A stretch of 64,000 nucleotides of DNA, taken from the NCBI GenBank assembly GCA_965237955.1, contig OZ250169.1, positions 4,768,001-4,832,000 of the forward strand. The letters are read 5' to 3'. The first letter of the stretch is position 1, and every line of letters begins with the position of its first letter. The notes beneath the pieces are model-generated. The model saw nothing but the letters and a program-made list of their open reading frames with translations, was not told the DNA's origin and made no database searches. The position numbers and the translations under genes are program-made. Source of the DNA: Candidatus Marinacidobacterales bacterium. Its GTDB lineage: Bacteria > Acidobacteriota > Vicinamibacteria > Marinacidobacterales > SMYC01. Shown in pieces: positions 59,386 to 64,000 of this stretch.

Positions 59386-60997
59386 TGTTCCGCTTCAGCG
59401 GAAATGAGACTTTCTGCAAGTGACGGGTTCTCTCCCCTGCCTGGGTGAACTGCCATGGTATCGCCACCGGGAGGATAGGGCACTGCTGGGAAGCAACCCG
59501 AGCGCCCGGTGGCCGGAATACGGTTGGCATTATTACGCACTGTGTTCATGCTCCCGGGCTCCGGTATGAGCCAAACCGGATCCGCTCAAAGCGGAAAATC
59601 CCGGGGGTTCGGGGGCAGAGCCCCCGTTCGCTATTTGACAACTGGATTCTCCGAGCCGTTTGAGGTTTTCTTCGCGGCGATGCTTGCGTGCGTTCTCGAG
59701 TTTGTCGAGACGTACCTGCTTGCGCTCTTCGTGACGGAGGAGAAACCGGTCTTCGGGCGTGAGGTATTCGATTCCTGCGTGGAGCCTCTTTGCGTTGTAA
59801 ATCTCTATCCATTCTCCGATGATGTCTTTCGCGTGAAGCTGATTGCGAAGCTCCTTGTCGGAGAGGCCCTCCTCGCGCAACGTGCGATGAAATCGCTCGA
59901 TTGCACCGTTGGACTGCGGATGATGAATGCGAATACGAATCTGCTTCAATGAGAAGTGCTTGATGAGTTTGCGGAAGTCCTTGCTGGTAAATTGGCTGCC
60001 GTTGTCGTTGACAATCTGGGGCCGTTCTCCAGGGTAGCGCTCCAGCGCTGCATGGACCACATCCGTCACTTCGGCGGCGGTCATGCGCGACAGCAGTTCC
60101 CAGTACACGATGTAGCGCGAGAAGCCGTCCAGCACTCCGATGAAGAAATACCACCGTCCCGCGATCCACAGGTACATCAAGTCCGTATGCCAGCGTTCGT
60201 GGGGGCGTTTCGGAAGTTCGGGCTTGCGGCCTACGGACGGTGTGGCATTCCACCTTGCGAGCAAATCGTTCCGGTCCAGAATGCGGTACACGCTGCTCGG
60301 GCTCAGGCAAACGACATCCTCGTCCACCATCATCCAGCACAGCCGCCGGTAGCCGTCCCGTGGGTGTGCTAAAGCATAGACCGTCACCGCCTCCTCCTCT
60401 TCGGCAAGCACCTGGTCCAAGTCTGGTGCCTTGGGCTTGATGTCCTCCAGCGCTCCCTCCTTGCGCCTCTTTTGCCAGCGGTAGTACAGCGAGCGAGAGA
60501 GCCCGAGCTTCGAGACAACCCATTCCAGCTTCACCCGGCTTCTCTCCATTGTCTGCTCGATACAATCCAAAATCCTCAACTTCTCGTGCGGCTCGAAACG
60601 ACACCGGTCGACTAGCTTCCAAGCGTTTTTTTTAGGTCCAGATTCTCCATGGTGATCTCTACCACCACCGATTTCATCCTCTCAAGCTCTTGACGCAGCT
60701 TCTCCTCGCGGCGAGACGCCTTCTCCTTCTTGCCATTCTGAAATGATTCCAGTGTCGCCTCCTCCGATTGTTTCAGCCACTGATAGTACTGCCCTGTATT
60801 CAATGTGTGGCGCCGACACACCTCGGACACCGTCGCACCACTCTCCTGGCACTCCTTGAGTATCTGCAGCTTCTCCTTCGCTGACCAACGTTTCCTGCCG
60901 TCCATCTCTGCCTTCTCCCTTCGTTGAGTATAAGACAGAGGCGAAAACCGTCACTTACTACGACCCCCAAAAGTCTCATTTTGGCTGAACCAATACA
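59386..60997 (-). mobile_element. IS3-family insertion sequence (1612 bp)
   Basis: IRs TGTTCCGCTTCAGCGGAAATGAGACTTT and TGTATTGGTTCAGCCAAAATGAGACTTT; 5-bp direct repeat CCGCT at 59381-59385 and 60998-61002. Confidence 0.95.
59533..60905 (-). CDS. IS3 transposase OrfA (60612-60905) and OrfB (to 59533), probably joined by -1 frameshift
   Basis: OrfA HTH; A8 run near the OrfA end (CTAAAAAAAACG); OrfB WHTD, DNGSQF, PQSNGAIERF. Confidence 0.92.
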
Positions 60998-62330
60998 CCG
61001 CTCTTGTTCGTGGTCTCGAGCGCTCTCATCGGTCGGCGGAGCCGATTCTATTGGGCGACGAGCGGACTTGCCGCGTCCGTGATCTTTGGCGTGTGGGTGC
61101 GTGTGTACTTTCTTCCGTCCGCGGGCTCGTGGGATACGGAGTATTGGAAGGCATGGATGGCGCGCGCCGTCTCGCACGGCACCACACACGTGTACGGCGA
61201 TCCCGACGCGGTAGGGGAGGGCGCGTTCTTCGACCAGCTTTGGGGACGATCGGCGCTCTGGCGTACCGCCTACCGGGGCCGTGAGTTCGTCGTGGACTAT
61301 CCGCCAGGTGCGATGGCGATGTGGCGAGGGTCGTGGTTTCTGGTCCGAGCCGTCGCTCCCGGGCTCGAGCTCGGCGAAGCCGAAAACGTAGCGGTCAAAC
61401 TCCCGCCGCTTCTCGGTGACATCGCTTCCGTCGCGCTCTTGTTGTGGATTTTTCGCCGCGAGCGTCGACGGGCGCTCACCCTCGCAGCGCTTTATTGGGC
61501 GACGCCGGTCTCGTGGCTTTCGAGCGGCGTTTTGGGGTTTCTCGACGGCGCGTACGCACCGCTTGCGGTCGGCGCGCTCGTGGCGGCCTCGGCTGGACGG
61601 GCGGGGTGGTCGGGAGTGCTCGTGGCACTGGCCGCACTCATCAAGCCCCAGGCTCTGATCGTGGCACCGGCGGCGGCAATCGTGCTCGCCGGTGTTAGTG
61701 TTGGTTTCGGGGCTCGGCGGGCAATTCTATCGGGCCTATCGGGACTGACTGTCGTCGGTGTCGCACTCATCCCCTTCATCGTCGCCGGTACGCTCGACGA
61801 AGCCGTGACCCATGTCTTCCGAATCCTGTTCCAACAACGGCTTTCGGCGGGCTACGCCAACCCGTGGTGGCTCGTCGGGTGGTTGCTCTCGGATGAGCCC
61901 TACGCGCCCAAGGACTTGGTTCCGTTTGCGGGCGTCCTCGCTGTCAGCGCATTCACGGTCGCCGCCTTTCTTATTTGTTCCCGCACCAAAGACGCGGTCA
62001 TGATGGGTGGCGGGCTCATTTTTGCGTACGCGATGCTTGCGCTCGGCGTTCATCACAACCACCCCCACGTGATGTTTCTCGCGTTCGCCGCCACCGGGAT
62101 TCGCAGCCGGCACTTCGCGTGGCTCGTCGGGATTCTCTCCGCGAGCTACGTGTTGAACATGCTGTGTCTGTCCGGCATCGGCCGGTTCTACGGTTCGCGC
62201 TACCTGGCGGTGGAGTCGATCGCGGCGAGCTCCGCTGGGCTTCGTACCGCTTTGGGCTTCGACTTGACACTGTTGTTGGCCGTCGTCAACATCGCGCTCT
62301 TCGCCATGTTCCTGGTCTACGTCCGACGAC

Positions 62331-63860
62331 ATGAGTGACGAGGAGCTCTTCGCGCAGCCGGCGCCCTCGTGGTGGGAACGTCTGTGGGAATCCGAGAACC
62401 GGCAGAGCTATTGGATTACGCGGTTCTTGATTCTGCGTCTTCTCGGGCTCGTCTACTTCGTCGGGTTCTTGACCATCGTGAACGACGGTCTTCCGTTGAT
62501 CGGGAGCGATGGGTTGACGCCGGCGGCGAGCTACGTCGAGCGTATCGAAAGTTCTCTGGCCTCCCGCACCGAGGGTTTTCTTCAGCTCCCGAGCATTTTC
62601 TGGCTCTCTGTGTCGGACGCCTTTCTCATGCGTGTCGCGTGGCTCGGGTTGCTCGTCTCGTTGCTCGTGACCCTCGGCTACGCGAATGCCGTGCTGCTCA
62701 CGTTCCTCTGGTGTCTCTACATGTCGTTCGTCCACATCGGGCAGGTGTGGTACGGGTTCGGATGGGAGTTGCAGCTTCTCGAAACGGGTTTTCTTGCCAT
62801 CTTTCTTTGTCCGCTCTTCGACGGCCGGCCGTTTCCCAAGCGTCCGCCCCCCGTCGTCGTGATCTGGCTCTACCGTTGGCTCATCGTCCGCATCATGTTG
62901 GGCGCGGGACTCATCAAATTGCGCGGAGACGAATGCTGGCGCGATCTCACGTGCCTCGTCTATCACTACGAGACCCAACCGGTGCCGAACCCGTTGAGCG
63001 CGCTCCTGCACTTCATGCCGGTGTGGTTCCACAAGATTGGCGTTCTCTTCAACTACGTGTGTGAGCTCATCGCTCCGTTTTTTGCCTTCGGCCCTCGTCG
63101 CGCCCGCCATGTCGCCGGCGTCTTGATGGTGAGTTTCCAACTCGCGTTGATCCTCAGTGGGAATCTCTCGTTTCTCAATTGGCTCACGATCATTCCGGCG
63201 CTCGCGTGCTTCGACGATTCGTTCTTCGCACGATTCGTTTCTCCCGGCTGGCGGGAGCGGCGGAGACAGGCTTCCCTCCACCGCGCCCAGCAGGTCGTCG
63301 CGTTCGGTCTTCTCGTCCTCGTCGCGCTTTCGAGCCTTGGTCCCGCGCTCAACCTCGTCTCGAGCCGTCAGGTCATGAATACGTCGTTCGACAGGCTTCA
63401 TCTCGTCAACACTTATGGAGCGTTTGGAAGCGTCGGCCGCGAACGGTTGGAGCTCGTCTTCGCCGGCTCCGACGACGGGACGACGTGGCGCGAGTACGAG
63501 TTCAAGTGCAAAGCGGGGAGCGTGGATCGGCGTCCATGCGTCATCACGCCGTATCACTATCGACTCGATTGGCTTTTGTGGTTCGCGGCGATGGGGCGTC
63601 CCCGGCAATATCCTTGGGTGGCGCACCTAGTGTGGAAGCTTCTCGAGAACGATCCAGCTACACTGAGCTTGATCGAGACGAACCCGTTTCCCAACACTCC
63701 GCCCCGGTCGATTCGAGTCGAGCTGTTTCGCTACGAGTTCGCTGAGCCCGCTGAGTCCGCATGGTGGAAGCGCGAGCGGGTGGCGAGCTGGCTGCCAGAA
63801 ACATCGCTCTCGGACGCTACACTAAGGGAGTTTCTCCGAGCTCGAGGATGGGCCCAATGA
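62331..63860 (+). CDS. Lipase maturation factor (LMF1) family membrane protein
   Basis: FGWELQLLETGF, GAGLIK.RGD.CW, HYETQPVP, YEFKCK, PYHYRLDW. Confidence 0.93.
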   Translation: MSDEELFAQPAPSWWERLWESENRQSYWITRFLILRLLGLVYFVGFLTIVNDGLPLIGSDGLTPAASYVERIESSLASRTEGFLQLPSIFWLSVSDAFLMRVAWLGLLVSLLVTLGYANAVLLTFLWCLYMSFVHIGQVWYGFGWELQLLETGFLAIFLCPLFDGRPFPKRPPPVVVIWLYRWLIVRIMLGAGLIKLRGDECWRDLTCLVYHYETQPVPNPLSALLHFMPVWFHKIGVLFNYVCELIAPFFAFGPRRARHVAGVLMVSFQLALILSGNLSFLNWLTIIPALACFDDSFFARFVSPGWRERRRQASLHRAQQVVAFGLLVLVALSSLGPALNLVSSRQVMNTSFDRLHLVNTYGAFGSVGRERLELVFAGSDDGTTWREYEFKCKAGSVDRRPCVITPYHYRLDWLLWFAAMGRPRQYPWVAHLVWKLLENDPATLSLIETNPFPNTPPRSIRVELFRYEFAEPAESAWWKRERVASWLPETSLSDATLREFLRARGWAQ

Positions 63861-64000
63861 TCTGGATTTTGGCGATAGTTGCAGCGTTTCTGGTCGGATG
63901 TGGCGATGACGCATCCCCGACCTCGTCCGTCATTTCGACCACCGCCGTGACCGCGCCGAGCGGCGCGCTACTGCGCCTCGCCAATTTGAGCGCCGATCTC
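63857..64000 (+). CDS. Lipoprotein, partial (continues beyond window edge)
   Basis: ATGA overlap with the LMF gene; MIWILAIVAAFLVGCGDD lipobox. Confidence 0.6.
   Translation, partial: MIWILAIVAAFLVGCGDDASPTSSVISTTAVTAPSGALLRLANLSADL

Larger units (their letters stand above)
58827..62338 (+). pseudogene. Multi-TM GT-C-like glycosyltransferase interrupted by IS3
   Basis: Removing the IS joins ...FWLP to LLFVVSS... in frame; 3' part has DYPP, VKLP, KPQ and N.WW motifs; probable extra frameshift near 58860. Confidence 0.78.

Overview
GC-rich bacterial chromosomal window. The gene order (rplM-rpsI-rpsB-tsf-pyrH-frr; kdsB-pyrG-kdsA-kdsD-kdsC-lapA-lapB; ADOP permease remnant) suggests Acidobacteriota, which is an inference. 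Housekeeping genes for translation, fatty-acid, folate/CoA, Kdo/LPS and Tat functions appear intact. The type IVa pilus system is decaying: pilM is truncated by a deletion into a PKD-domain gene with pilNOPQ absent, an ISL3 separates pilB from its promoter, pilB is frameshifted, the pilC start is damaged, pilS has an internal deletion and pilR is split. pilT, two tandem pilins, an ABC module and pilD remain open. Three complete IS elements (IS21, ISL3, IS3) have recognisable ends and target duplications. A non-autonomous element (MITE) occurs four times, always at GCTAG and always adding exactly 129 bp (43 codons): twice at TAG stop codons and twice in frame inside genes (pilR and a MinD/FlhG-like ATPase). 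Other notable signals are a strand-polarised (G-U) multi-stem structure in the ISL3 leader, a dispersed heptamer repeat family, several deletion scars (argF, ADOP), a very divergent GlpX-like protein and several apparently leaderless genes. All family assignments come from reading motifs by eye; no searches were run.
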